64,000 nt of DNA from Octopus vulgaris (taxonomy: Eukaryota), in contig OX597830.1 of NCBI GenBank assembly GCA_951406725.2, forward strand, positions 39,804,001 through 39,868,000. Reading direction: 5' to 3'. The notes below the pieces were generated by a model. It was not told the DNA's origin, made no database searches, and worked only from the letters and a program-made list of their open reading frames with translations. Within the stretch, counting starts at the first letter, position 1. Every line of letters starts with the position of its first letter. The position numbers and the translations under genes were made by a program. Shown here in pieces: positions 27,339-42,653 of this stretch.

Positions 27339-27765
27339 GGCGCAGGGGTAGCTGCGTGGTAAGAAGCTTGCTTCCCAACCACATGGTTCTGGGTTCAGTC
27401 ATACTGCATGGCATCTTGGGCAAGTTTTTTTCTACTATGGCCTCGGGCCGACCATAGACTTGTGAGTAGATTTGACACAGGGAAACTGAAAGAATCCCGT
27501 CGTGTATATATATATATATCTATATGTGCATGTGCGTGTGCGTATGTGTGCGTGCATGTTTGTCCCCACTACTGTTTGATAACTGGTGATGATGTGTTTA
27601 CGTCCCCGTAACTTATCGGTTCGGCAAAACAGTCCAGTTGAACAAGTACTAGGCTTTAAAAATAAGTCATGAGGTCGATTTGCTCGACTAAAATCCTTCA
27701 AGACGGTGCTCCAGCATGGTCGCCGGCAAATGACAGAAAAAGTAAAAGAGTAACAGAATAAAAGA
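27339..27765 (+). mobile_element. SINE family A, full length
   Basis: Homology to 15266-15775. Confidence 0.85.
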
Positions 27766-27846
27766 ATTCCAACAATGGTTTGTCAGAGACCAGCGCCTTC
27801 CTTGCCTGAAGGTTTCACATAAAAATAGAAGGAAAACTACATACAT

Positions 27847-27895
<49 letters not shown>

Positions 27896-29290
27896 TACAT
27901 GCATACATGCATATATACATGAATTAACCCCGAAATTGGACCAATACGGTAATAACGAATTTTTTAGAAATTTCTATCGGTTTGTTTCGAGACGCCTAAA
28001 TTATAATGGTTATTGACAATTCTTGTCTTTTTTTCGGCATATTTGGCATTAGAATTTTTCTTTTACCCTTATCTTGTAAATTATTTATGCATAATGAAAT
28101 AGTTATTTGTTGGAATAGTGGTTCTGGAGGGTTCACATAAAGCATGTAAATATTGGGTTGGAAAACTCTTTCAGATAAAATACGGGACAGCCTTCGACGT
28201 ATATATATATATATATATATATAATAAGAGTAGATCGTATACGAGTGGGTATATATTTGTAAAAAAAGAAGTTTGAAAACGCCACTATATTAGATAAATT
28301 TTAATTTTCTTAAGAATTTTACATGTTTCGGTTCTTGAAAAAACGAAGCTTATAAAAAAAATATAAAAAGTGCAATAGAAAAGTTCATAATCGTTTCTTA
28401 CTGGTCTCAATAGAATCCAAGTGGTGGTGTTTTGTCGGTAGTTGGTATAATCGCTATATTACAGTTGAGTGTAATGAAGAAGTTCATTATTGTTTCTTGC
28501 TAGTATCAAAAGGAACCGTTTTTTTTGTTTCCTTGTGTTCCAATGGAATGGTAGCAGCAGTAGTGATTGTTGGTTGTAGTAGTAGTAACCGTGGTGGTGG
28601 TTGGGGTCGCAACAGCTTATTGGTTGTGGCTGTCCTAGCAGCAGAAGTAGGTCTAGTGGTTTAAATGGCAGTAGCAGCAGTTACTGTTGGTCGTAATTTT
28701 GGCAACCTTGGTGGTGGTTGGGGTTGTAGCAGTTAAGCTGTGGCCATAGCAGCAGCAGCAGTAGAGGACTGTTGATCGTAGCAGCAATAGTAGTGACACT
28801 GTTCACTGGCACTGTTCACTGACGTCACATAATTCCAAACCAATCAAAACCAAACTTCAACGAATACAAGGAAAAGACCCTTTAAGAGAACCAACGAACC
28901 GGAACGATCTATAACTGTATCCTGCAAGGAAACCAACCAAGCAGAACGACAAGCTTGACCACGGAAGAAAAACGTCATCTTTTTTTAACGAATCAAAATC
29001 AGATCTGCTCGCAGAAAATTTTTTTTATAAATTCATCTTTCCCTAAAACATACCACTGCAAGCGGAAGCGACTGTTTAAAGATCTGAGAAACTGTAATTG
29101 CCCCCACCTCCACCCTTTTTTACTATTTTAATTCTCACACTGTGGCCGTAGCAGCAGCAGCAGTAGAGGACTGTTGATCGTAGCAGCAATAGTAGTGACC
29201 ACGGTGGTTGTAGTAGTAGTGATAGTGGAAGCAGTCGTAGTGGTTGTGGTAGAATTTCATTTTTCCTTTTCGGAAGACCAATGTTTTGTT

Positions 29291-29794
29291 TTAATATTCC
29301 TGGCCCAGGGTGTTCAAACTTGGTCTAAATTTTTTGATGAAATAAAGTTCTTTATTTTGGCGTTGGGTGAAGGTTACGCTGTCACTGAATTTGTAAAGTG
29401 GGTAAGTTGTAAATTTCGGATTTTCATTTGAAGCACATCTATCTATGTGTCCGCTGACTGGTATTTTCCGGTATTCAGGGTTTCTAATTTGGGATTTATG
29501 CACCGCCATCCTTTTACGTAAGCTATTTTTTGTATGGCCTATATACTGCCTATTGCAACCTGCGCATGTTAAGACGTAAATTAAGTTTTCTGATGCACAG
29601 GTGAAGTTTGTTCTAATGGTGAACTGATGGCATTGTTCTAGTATAAATTCTGAACCTTCTACCAAGATGACACAGATTCCGCAGTTGGGCTTTCCACATT
29701 TTCTAACTGCTGGTTTTGTGGTTGATGTTGAGTGCAGTTTAGCTTGGGTTAAAATCCTTTTCAAGGATTTTGGTTGCCGTTTGCTTTTAATGAT

Positions 29795-29797
<3 letters not shown>
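29291..29797 (-). mobile_element. Penelope-like GIY-YIG endonuclease domain (5'-truncated at (TA)n)
   Basis: Uninterrupted frame RQPKSLKRIL..KCGKPNCGIC..FTCASENLIYVLTCAGCNRQYIGHT..LRKRMAVH..GH..KELYFIKKFRPSLN. Confidence 0.92.
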
Positions 29798-29881
<84 letters not shown>

Positions 29882-29882
<1 letters not shown>

Positions 29883-30170
29883 GAGGCGTAATGGCCCAGT
29901 GGTGTTAAGGCAGCGGACTCGCTGTCGTAGGAACGCAGTTTCGATTCCCAGACCGGGTGTTGTGTGTGTTTATTGAATGAAAACACGTAAAGCTCCACGA
30001 GGCTCCGGCAGGGGCTGGTGGCGACCCCTGTTATACTCTTTCGCCCCAATTTTCTCGCACTCTTTCTTCCTGTTTCTTGAGTAACGCTTCTATTGACTGG
30101 CGTCCCGCCCAGTTGCGGGGAACACATACGCCATAGAAACCGGCTAGGCTTCTAAAGGGCGCATAAATAT
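29882..30170 (+). mobile_element. SINE family C (tRNA-derived; V/Meta-like 3' domain)
   Basis: tggcccagtggt A-box, gtttcgattccc B-box; gactggcgtcccg..gggaacacatacg.catagaaaccgg shared with 52052-52300. Confidence 0.8.
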
Positions 30171-30296
30171 ATAAAATGAATGAATGAATGAATGAATGAA
30201 TGAATGCATGTATGTATGTATGTATGTATGTATGTATGTATGTATGTACGTATGTATGTATGCATGCATGCATGCATGTATTTCTAATATATATAT

Positions 30297-30382
<86 letters not shown>

Positions 30383-30403
30383 TGATAGATAGATAGATAG
30401 ATT

Positions 30404-30758
<355 letters not shown>

Positions 30759-31412
30759 AAACAAGTCAAGATAGAAAGTGCTAAAATAATTTTATAAAGA
30801 ACATTTCAGTACCGGTTTCAGTCATTTTGAGACCTTTTCAAATGTAACAATTAAATAATTAAATTTAAAAAATTAAAAGAATATTTGTATAGTGTTGAAA
30901 TATACGTGGCATTTTCCTTGTTTCTGCCCTTCTCTGTGTCTCTTGTTTACACTTGTGGGTTCGAGATTCGTATCCACAGATTCGAAGTAACAATAGAAAA
31001 CAAAATCAGTGATGTCTCAATAGTTTTCAATCTTTCAATCGTTTTCTGTTGTTCTCTCAGCAAAAGTAGATGACACCATTTGGTTGTAAAAATCTGAATT
31101 AGGTTTCAAGCACCATTTGGTTGTAAAAATCTGAATTAGGTTTCAAGCACCATTTATTGACCGCACAGGTATTACATGCAAGATATGTCTACTAAATGCT
31201 AGATTAAGTATGTAAATGCCTCAAATGACATTATTTTGTTTACATAGATAAATCTGTCAGAAACGATGGGGTCTATTTACTTTTGTAACAAGAATAGTTT
31301 CCTTTTCTTGTTCTTTATAGACACTAAATTTAATATGAGAGGACGAGAGAGACAGACAGACAGAGAGGTAATCCGACAGACAGACAGAAAGGAGAGAGAC
31401 AAAGAGAGAGAG

Positions 31413-31498
<86 letters not shown>

Positions 31499-32124
31499 GA
31501 ATGAAGGAAGGAAGGAAGGAAGAAAGAAAGAGATTTTGTCTGCCAGTTTTATGATTAAAGTTAATTGACCAATGTTTTTCAAAACACCATATTGAATGTT
31601 TTGAAACGCTAACGCATTTCTATTGACTCCATGCAGAAAGCACCCCCGCTATGATATTTTCAACAGCTATATTTCTGATATAATTAATTAATCTTCCTTA
31701 ATAATTACTTGCAGTTAGGCTTCTGTTGGATAAAATGTTTAAAAAAAGGCAAAAATAAAAATAAAACAGTATTCATTTTATGGCCGTCAGAAAGAGAAGA
31801 CGGTGTAAGTGAAATGTTTAGCTCTCTTAACAGAACATTCTAAGCATTTATTTAGAAACTTTCACAATAATATTATTATAACTTCCTAGTAATTTGTTTT
31901 AATCTGCCAAGCTTATGTTTTTATTTATTTGTTTATATTCTACATACATACACGTACAAATATCTTTCTATATGCATATCCATGTATAAACTTCTATTCA
32001 TATGTATATGTGTATGCATGGATACACACGCCCATACACACACATACATATATACATTTAATCATGCGTGTGTGTATATACATACATACATGCATACATA
32101 CATACATACATACAAACATACATA

Positions 32125-32685
32125 CGAGATGCGTTCAAAAGTATCCGACTTTATTTTTCCCGCTAAAACTAATGCTGCGTGGGGAAAATCATTTGGATGA
32201 AAGATAACGCGACCCTTCCTGCTCATGCGTGAAAATGCTTCCGCCAGCTGGCAGAGTGAATTCCCAGCTGTTAAGCCTAGAGTACAGACGTGTAGCGCGC
32301 ACTCGTCAGATCTTCGTTTTCACGCCAGATGACCGAACGCATTGGGCAGAGATATTGCATCAGGTTTTGCCAAAATGTTGGTGTTACTCTTGCTCAAACC
32401 ATCCGGAAGATTCAGGAGGCCTTTGGTGATAATGCTACGGACAATACTCAGATCAAGGAGTGGCACAACCACTTCAAATATGGCCGCACCTCAATAGAGG
32501 GTGAGGAACGCTCAAGCAACCAAAATAAGGAGCCGATTGAGAACGTTCGGCGAATAGTCATGAAAGGCCGTCATGTAACAATCCAGAAAATTGTCCATGA
32601 AGTGAGAATAAGCACAGGATCACTTCATTCTATTTTAACAGAGAATTTGTGCATGCGGAGAGCGTCGGCAAAATGCACAACTTGA
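32125..32685 (+). mobile_element. mariner transposon, 5' part (TIR + HTH region of transposase)
   Basis: TA+cgagatgcgttcaaaagt end; ORF QRYCIRFC..IQEAFGD..EWHNHFKYGRTSIEGEERS..LTENLCMRRASAK, truncated before the WVP motif. Confidence 0.88.
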
Positions 32686-33658
32686 AGAAAGTTCTGCATT
32701 TTTTCGGCATGTATAGCTAGTTTTTTCTGACCTGAATCACCAATATTTTGCTCTTTGTCATGGCACCTTCTGCTGGGCACTGTTCCGATATAGCTCTGTT
32801 ACCTGCGAGGGTCACTTGGACTCGTTAGTTCATTTTCACGTGTCCTGATCACATGTCAAGTAAAGTCTAATTCGATCAACACTCCCATACCACGACATAA
32901 AACCCATTGCTGATAGAGGTCAACTTCGTGTACAGTCTCTCTTACCTTCAATCCTGCTCCTTTGACCTACATCCTGGGTCATAGTTGTATAGTCAAAGTT
33001 CTGACTATTTCAGACAATTCTTTCGCTGTTGTCGGTTTTGAAGGTACAACAAATAGTGCCATAGCTTTTTCCATTTTCATTTCAGATTATTTCCCCCGAA
33101 ATGCTTTGAAGGGCTTACGTACTACTTGACGTGAAACAAAAGTTAATCTGCTTCGCTCTTTTCGAAAGCAAAGATATATTACTTTTCTCTCCGCACTCTC
33201 CTAGGTTATCACGTCTGACAATGGAAGTTGCTGTTGATGATTATCATGATATTCTTGATGTTATTACTGCTGTTTTCAAAATTACTTATTTGAATACTTG
33301 AGAAATCTTCCCCTCATAACTGCTTATTATACAGCATAGTTTCTTCTTTCTCCTGTATATTTTATTGTGCGGTTTCATTTTGTATTATTTATCCAGCGAT
33401 TATGTTTTGTCGTCTGGCATAATTCTGTGGGGAAGCCATTTTGGATATGAAAATATAACGTGTGCAAATAAATTTTTAAAGTTCGCGAAACGAACCTATT
33501 TTCTTTTCTGTGGCCTGATTCCCCTGGTATATAGAGAAGTTTCTCCATTAGCAATTATAGTTCTTTCGACATGCACTGCAAAGAAATGTTTTATTTGGTA
33601 ATGCTTGAATAAAAAGATTTTTGAGGGGAGAATAAACCAGAACTTATAATACCAGATT

Positions 33659-34716
<1,058 letters not shown>

Positions 34717-34719
34717 AAC

Positions 34720-34781
<62 letters not shown>

Positions 34782-34915
34782 AACGAAATGAACGAACTAT
34801 TGAGTTTGGTTTAATGGCCTACCAATGTATACTATGAGTTTCTTTGCCCTAGGAGTCGGGAAGACACTCGGCAAGAAATGGAAGCAAATTTGAAAGAAGA
34901 AAAAAAAAAGTAATA

Positions 34916-34972
<57 letters not shown>

Positions 34973-35009
34973 TTGATGATGATGATGATAAATGACTGGA
35001 TGCAGCAGC

Positions 35010-35530
35010 AGGCACTGGATTGAAAATGCTATCATGTACATGCTTTGTCTTGGTATAAAAGATGGGCTACAGCAAATATTCTTCTCTATGCCACAGATTT
35101 ACTTGTCAATTGCTTGACCTTAACTACTTGAGCATGTCCCTTGGTGGCTGACGATATGTGCATCTCTGATCACGAACAGAAGTAGTGGCGGTGCATCATA
35201 GCCATGTGTTGAGAGGAATTCTTTGGGGTTTGGATAACTCACCTTTGGAAACATGGGTGTTTCGTTCATCATCCTTAAACAAACTTCACTCAAGTACCTT
35301 TTGAATGGGATGGGCTACTCAACCTGAAGAAAATTCTAACTGGGCCTCATCTGCAAGGTCATGTGCAGTTAATCTTGATATGAGATCACCATGTCGCGCA
35401 CATATGGTTATGATGTATGTGCCTGATGTACCCTTATCAGACGGGTAGTTGTGAAGGGTATAATGGGCTTCGTATATTTTTACCCAAGTGTTACTTTCAT
35501 GGTATGCACTGCTCTCACACTCAATAATAA
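35010..35530 (+). repeat. ~520-bp interspersed repeat ending in (AAT)n
   Basis: Homologous to 48476-49015. Confidence 0.85.
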
Positions 35531-35547
35531 TAATGAGGAGGAGGAGG

Positions 35548-35921
35548 AAACAAGAGTGCCTAATAATTGACGTGGCAGTGCCAGGAGATCAACATATTAT
35601 GAAAGAAAGAGAAAAAGTTGATAAATATGGAGACCTGAGAATTGAGATCGCTAAGATGTGGCAGCTACGAGAGTCGAACATAAAGGTTATCCCTATTGTC
35701 ATTGGAGCATTGGGTTCAATACCACCGAATCTGAAAACACATTTGAAAACCTTAGAAATACCCTACAATTTAGATGTATTACAAAAGTCGGCATTATTTA
35801 GAACTGCACACATATTGCGTAAAGTACTGTCTGTCTGAGGTCCTTGACAAACAGTAGAAACCCCCAGTAGACACAATATCTTCAATCAACAACCTTACGA
35901 TATTTTATACTGTGCGATATC

Positions 35922-35925
<4 letters not shown>
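35548..35925 (+). mobile_element. R4/Dong LINE 3' end (subfamily C)
   Basis: CLIIDVAVPGD..KVDKYGDLRIEI..VIPIVIGALG..TAHILRKVL, then (AAT)n. Confidence 0.9.
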
Positions 35926-35971
<46 letters not shown>

Positions 35972-35986
35972 TGATGATAACGGGTT

Positions 35987-36200
35987 AAAATTTTGGCACA
36001 AGGCCAGCTATTTTGGAGAAGGGGTTAAGTTGATTACATCAAATCTAGTGCAAAACTGGAACTTATTTCGTGGACCCTGAGAGATTGAAAGGTAAAGTCT
36101 ACCTCGGCAGAATTTCTACTCAAAGCGTAAAGTGTAAAACTGACAGGGATACCATTAAGTAATTCATCCGGTGTTTTAACGATCCTGCTAGCCCGCTGTC
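35987..36200 (-). mobile_element. SINE family B (degenerate)
   Basis: Homology to the family consensus. Confidence 0.7.
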
Positions 36201-36311
36201 CTAATTCTAACAACAACAATAACAGTAGCAGCATTAACAACAACAGCAACAATAACAATAATGATAATAATACCAACAACAGCAAAAACAATGATGATGA
36301 TGATGGTGATG

Positions 36312-36391
<80 letters not shown>

Positions 36392-36599
36392 GGTGGTGGT
36401 GGTGGTGGTGATGATGACGGTCACTCCCGTTGACTTCGACGTATGAGTGATTGAAGGAGATGATTTTAAAAGGGAGCGAGAGAGAGACATACAGACACAC
36501 TGACAGACAGACAGACAGACAGAGACAGAGAGAAGAAAAACAACAAAAAAAAACAACTTTAAAAATAAAAGAAGCTGTATGTATTTGCTATGGATTTGT

Positions 36600-37110
36600 G
36601 AAAGTAATTTGAGTCCAGGCCTGGGTTTGCTATGAAGTCACAATGGGAAGACTGATGATTTTTGATTTTCCCTGTGACTGGACAAATTCGTCTTTTCATT
36701 GCAGGATATAGTTCTTCCATTCTTCCGTTTCATCGACTCAAATTGTTTTGATGCATCATGACACTTTTTAATCCATGCAGATCAGTCTGGGCAAAGACTT
36801 TCCTAAGGTGTCAAATTAAGCTGTAGAGACTATAGTGATTGCTTCAACTTAACCTTTTACCTAAGGATGGGTCTTCTTTTATCGCGGTAGTTCTCAAAAG
36901 AATTTTCGGAATGCGGTCACCTTTCATTCGAACATGTCCTTCGCATCTGCACTAAATTTTCAGCAGCATTCTTTTGATACAGGAGGTATCACATTTTTGC
37001 AAAATTTTGACATTTGATATCTCATCTTGCCATTTTATTTTGCACATATTGTGCTGACAACAAATGTAAAATCTTTCGTGTTTCTTTACGTGTCTGTTGT
37101 AGAGAGTCCG
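36600..37110 (-). mobile_element. RTE-clade LINE 3' remnant
   Basis: Minus-strand peptide RHVKKHERF..KIKWQDEISN..GHV RM..DRIPKILL and a terminal HCDFIA zinc-finger-like segment. Confidence 0.75.
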
Positions 37111-37114
37111 TGCA

Positions 37115-37300
37115 GATGCTTACAGATATTTCGCCAGTCATTACGTTTTAAGTTCAAATGTCACCGGGGTCGACTTAGCCTTTCATCCTTTCGAGATCGA
37201 TAAAATAAGTACCAGCTGTGTACTAGAGTAAATGAAATTGACCTAACCACTTCCCTGAAATTTCAGGCCTTGTGCCTAAAGCAGAAAAGATTATTATTAT
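37115..37300 (+). mobile_element. SINE family B
   Basis: gcctttcatcctttcgagatcgataaaataagtacc core; (ATT)n tail. Confidence 0.8.
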
Positions 37301-37313
37301 TATTATTATCATT

Positions 37314-37351
<38 letters not shown>

Positions 37352-37362
37352 TATTATTATCA

Positions 37363-39650
37363 TTGCCTTTGCACAGCTTCTAACGCTGGAGATGTACTGC
37401 AGTGTCAGCTGTTCACTACCAGTGAACTAAGGTAACACCTCTTATTTTTCGAGCACCTTCCGGAGTATTCGAGCGGTTCCAAGTGCTCCACCCTTATTGC
37501 AGCCCCTATTTGTTCCACGTACTTCTCGAGATTTTTGCTCACTGTTCCCAGGGCTCCGACAATTATTGGTACTACTGCTACCTTTTCTCATCAACCACGA
37601 CTGCTTAACATCCGAAGCTAACCTGTCATATCTCTCAACTTTTCTTTCTTCCTTATCGCATCCCTTATTGTCAGCTGGGCATGCTATATCTATGATCCAG
37701 CATAGTTTGTTTTCTTTCTCAATTAAGACTATATCCGGCTTCCTATTCTCTATTTCATAGACGCACTGAATCATAAAATCCCACAGGGTCTTTACATTTC
37801 TATTTTCGACGATGCCTTCAGGTTTGTAGCTTGGCTATATTGTCGTACCGTCTCTTATATTCCTTCTGGGTTAGTGGTGTACATTGGCCGGTAATACGGA
37901 TTCACCATTTTGTCCACAGATTCTGCACTTACCACTTTCTGCTGTGTTGTCTATTCTGTATTTTATGTAGTTTGTTCTTAGAGCTTGCTCCTGGGCAGCT
38001 CAGATTACAGCCTCCGTTTTAATCATTCACATCTTTTTTCTCTGGCTGTCTTATCTTCAACATCCCTATGAAACTGACCATGCATTCTTTTCTTTACCCA
38101 CCTGTTTTCAGTTTCATTCGTTTTCAATTTCTTGTATAGTGCTTTATCTTTGCAATCTTTCATCCTACACAAGCCTGACCTTCTTACTTCTAATAATAGC
38201 GGTTCTGTGGCATTTTTATATACCATGCTATGTTGTTTTCTTCTTCTCTAATGCTGAAATGCTGTGTTCGCATCAAATAAGTCCTTTTCCCGCTCTTTTT
38301 CTTGGTACATACAATCTATCTGTGTCACCTTTTGGGTAGAGTGTCCCATATCTAGTCAGCAACTTCTTTGTCTGTCTGTCTAAGCTGTTTAGTTCGTCTG
38401 CTATTCCTGCGATTACCCCTGCTACATATCTAAGGAGTGAAAACTCCCAGGTGTTGATAGCTTCAATCTTATTCCATCCGTTTAATTTCGACTGAAGGAT
38501 CAATCTCAGTCTGCACCAGGACTCCACCTTCAATTATTCTGCCATTTCGTTCTCCATCAATTTATCCATTTCCAATATCCCCAAATATTTATAACCCGTC
38601 TCTTCTATCTGCTTCATAACCTCCCAAGAAGGTATCGTTAGCTCGTCCATACATTTGATTTTGCCTCTCTGCAAGACTAACACACCACACTTTCTCAGTC
38701 TGAACTCCATTCTGATATCAGCCCTGAAGGTATACACCGTATCAATGAGGGAACTGACTTGGGCTTCATCTTTACCATAAAGTTTGAGGTTATCCATGAC
38801 TAACAAATGGTTGACTTTTTGTTTGCGGCTTTTGAATACATACCCAACTTTGCTTTCATCAGAACCAGTGTTAGTGGTATCATGCACAGTACAAAGATCA
38901 GTGGGTTCAGGCAGTGCCCTTGAATATGCCTCTCCTGATTTCTATTGTCCCTAAACTTTTCCCATGCGCTTTCAGTTCCGTCCTCCACTACACCATACTT
39001 TTTCCAAGTAATGGCTCAACATTTGATGCAATACTAAATAGGTTTATATATCCCTTATTTCAAGAATGTGGGATCATACCGTACGCCTTACGATAATGGA
39101 TCCATGACATGGCTAAGTTAGTTTACATCTTCTTGCAGTCTCTAAGTACAGTTTTGTCTACCAAGAGGTGATCTTTGGTACCTCTGCACTTAAGCTTGCA
39201 ACAGTTCTGCTTATGTGGCAGGACTCCATTTTTTTCCCGATGTCCGTACATTGACTCTGTGACTATTCATTTTCTCTGCTGCTGTTTTTCCAATACCCGA
39301 CTTTTGATAGCTTCGAGCTCTACTTCTGTGAACCAACGATTTTTTCTTATTGCTCTAGCTTGATTACATAATCTCTGTTCCGTGAGTTGAAACAATTCTC
39401 TTTCTCTCCATTGATGATGTATACGTTGTTGGTATCTCCTAAGATGAACACCATTTTCGACTACGGGGTTGCTCAGATATTAGCATTCCGTGACCAAAGC
39501 ATCGATTTGTTTGTTCCATCTACGCTGTGTGTGCTGGTTCCTTGCTGGATAACGACAGCCTGGAGTCGGACCAGTAACACTGTCACCATCAAGGGCTTCA
39601 GTTTCATTACCACCGTTATTCACAATATTTTGCTTTTTCATTGTAACTCA
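37363..39650 (-). mobile_element. R4/Dong LINE (subfamily D), internally deleted, inverted relative to its neighbours
   Basis: N-terminal RRWNKQ..EQRLCNQARAIRKNRWFTEVELEAIK joined to RT (VNHLLVMDNLKLYG, YKYLGI), MHGQFHR and RLE RKPDIV..IIDIACP. Confidence 0.88.
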
Positions 39651-39724
39651 TATGAGGAAGCAATTATCAGGTTGTGCAATTACCAGTGATTTTTATTGTG
39701 ACACCATCACTAAATTTATCATCA

Positions 39725-41654
39725 ATCAGAGCATAGACACAGCAGTAAAAGCTAGAAAGAAAAATCTAATAATATCATGAATAAACTATAGGAAAGCCTA
39801 TGACAGGATCCCACATCCATAGTAAGCGAATGTTTGAGTATATTCAGTATAGCAGACAACACAAGAGAATCAATTAGCTTTAGAAATGGAATTAGCTGAA
39901 GAAATGGTAAATAGATCTCTACTCAGGAGATACACTCTTAGGGAAAGTTAATATCAAAAGCGGAATGTCCCCTTTAATATTTATGTTTTATGTCTGATCC
40001 CCCTCAGTTTAGTATTAAGTTCAAGGATAATAGAAATCTGGAGAGGCATCTTCAAGGGCACTGTCGTAACCCACTGATCTTTGTACTGTGCATGACACCA
40101 CTAACACTGATTCTGATGAAATGGCACGGTATCAGTTTAGAATTAGTAATGGAAAAATTAACCATTTGCTCTATATGAATGATCTGAAGCTTTTTAGTAA
40201 GAATGAAAAAGATTCCTTACTACATACTGTAAACATCTTCAGCAAATATATAGGCATGGAATTTGGCATAGATAAGTGTGCAACATTAGTCATGTGAAGG
40301 GGACAGGTAGTCAGCAGCGAAAGCGTCCAATTACCAGATGGCCAGACATTAAAATCATTGAAAGGAGGAGAGAGTTATAAGTATCTAGGAGTATTAGAAC
40401 CTGGCAGAGTACTAACTACAGAAATGAAAACGATAATTGAGAAGGTGTACAACAGAAGGGTGAGGAAGCTAATGAAGTCAAAGCTAAATGGTCCGAATCT
40501 AGTGAAGGCCGTAAATACTTGAGCAGTATCATTACTTAGACACTCAGTAGCTTTTGTAGATTGGATAAAAGCTGAATTAGCAAAGCTAGACAGAAACACT
40601 AGGAGGGAATTCAATATGAACTGAGGACTCCACTCAAGGGCAGGAGGAGCAAGATTATACCTACCAAGAAAGGAGGGTGGGAGAGGGTCGATATCAGATG
40701 AGGACAGCGTGGCGTTTGTTAGAGTAGATATAAACTCCTACGTAGGTAATAGTGAAGAAAGTATATTAAAAGCTACTAGAGTCACAGAAAGATATAGTGA
40801 AACCAAAACACCAAACGAACTTAAGACCCAGAAAAAAGAACAGAAATTATCTGACTGGCAGAAGAAGGCGTTGCATGGTAGATTCCCAAAGATAGTTGCA
40901 GTAAATAGTAGTAATGAGATATGGTTATTGTTGCAGAGACAGAAAGTTTGTTAGTAGCAGCACAAGATCAAGCATTATGGACTAATTGGATAAAAGCCTA
41001 AGTAAACAAAAACCAAGTAGATTCCCAATGTATGTTATGCAAATCAAAAGTGAAAAGCTATACTCATATAGTAAATGAATGTAGCATGCTGGCAGAGAAA
41101 GAATACAAGGAAAGACATGACAATCTAGGGAGAGCAATCCACTGAGAGCTTTGTAGAAAGCTAGGATTTGAACATACTGATAAATGGTATGAACATGAAC
41201 CTAGTAAAGCACTAGAAAAAATAAGAAGTACAAGACTTTAACATTCAGACTGACAGTAATAAAAGCTAGAAAGCCTGATTCACTATTAGTAGAGAAAAGC
41301 AATAGAAAGTACCAGATAACTGACTTTACAGTCCCAAATAATGAAAAAACTAATATGTGAAGTATAGAAAAATATCAAAGTTCCAGGACCAAGCTATTGA
41401 ATTATAGAGACTATGGAAAGTGCGGGAAAAATGTATCCCAGTAGTTATAGGTGCATTGGGAACTATCCTTAAAGATCTGAACAGATTGTCATAAAACCAG
41501 TTTAGTAGAGCTAAACTGCCATAAAACCAATTAGTAGAGCTTCAAAAAACAGTGTAAGGGAGAGCTAGGATACTTAGGAGGGTTCTTGGCATCTAAGGCA
41601 ACTTGTTGTAGCCTGATGTTAGGATTCTTTTCTAACAGTATAATCTGCTGAGTG

Positions 41655-41656
<2 letters not shown>
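39725..41656 (+). mobile_element. R4/Dong LINE (subfamily E), 5'-truncated and decayed
   Basis: KAYDRIPH, INHLLYMNDLKLF, YKYLGV, LHGRF, AAQDQAL, RKPD, PVVIGALG; ends in (AAT)n. Confidence 0.88.
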
Positions 41657-41730
<74 letters not shown>

Positions 41731-41785
41731 TTAATAATAATAACAACAATAATAATAATGATTAATAATAATAATAATAATAATG

Positions 41786-41855
<70 letters not shown>

Positions 41856-41871
41856 TAATAATAATAATAAT

Positions 41872-42597
41872 AAATTGAAACCATTGATCATGTCTCCAAG
41901 TGCAGTCTTCTAGCGCCTACAGAGTATCTCAACAGGCATGATAGAGCTACACAATATATTCACTGGGTAATCTGCAAAAAACCTGAAAATAACTGGTGGG
42001 AACACAAACCACCTCCAGTGCTTAAAAATGACCACATCTCACTCCTCTGGAACTTCCCCATTCAAACTGACAGAAAGATAGATGCAAATAGGCCAGACAT
42101 CATATTGAAAAACTTCAGACAAAGAACATACCTCCTCATTGATATGACTGTCCCAATCGGTATAAACGTATCTGTCAAGACCTACCAAAAACTGAGCAAA
42201 TATAAAGATCTTGAAATAGAAATCAGCAAAATGTGGAACCTGAAGACTAAAACAATAGCTGTTGTCATAGGTGCCCTGGGAATGATAGCAAAAGGGGCTG
42301 ATAGCTACCTTACTCAGATACCAGGAAACCCCAAAATTGCAGAAATTCAAAAGATAGTGCTCATGGGAACTGCTCATATCCTACGCAAAATAATTTCTAT
42401 GTAATCTCAAGTTTTAAAACAAACATAATTATCGTATGTTTTTTTTTAGACATTCCCTAGTACAACACTAAATACAAAACCAAATATATGGCACACTAGG
42501 CATAACAACAACACGAACTTCCAACCTGTCGTCTCTTGAGGTCTCTGGGTGAGACTTGGAGCCAACTTGTACAAATATAAAGCAAAAGTCAAACATA

Positions 42598-42598
<1 letters not shown>
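41872..42598 (+). mobile_element. R4/Dong LINE 3' end (subfamily B)
   Basis: RHD..IHW; ORF 42018-42404 LWNFPIQTDRKIDANRPDII..LIDMTVP..KLSKYKDL. Confidence 0.92.

Positions 42599-42653
<55 letters not shown>

Noticed and set aside
29882-29955. tRNA gene candidates (also 15266, 52052)
   Set aside because: Pol III boxes are present but there is no complete cloverleaf, and they continue into SINE bodies
31074-31155. 37-bp perfect tandem duplication
   Set aside because: Real but an ordinary local slippage duplication
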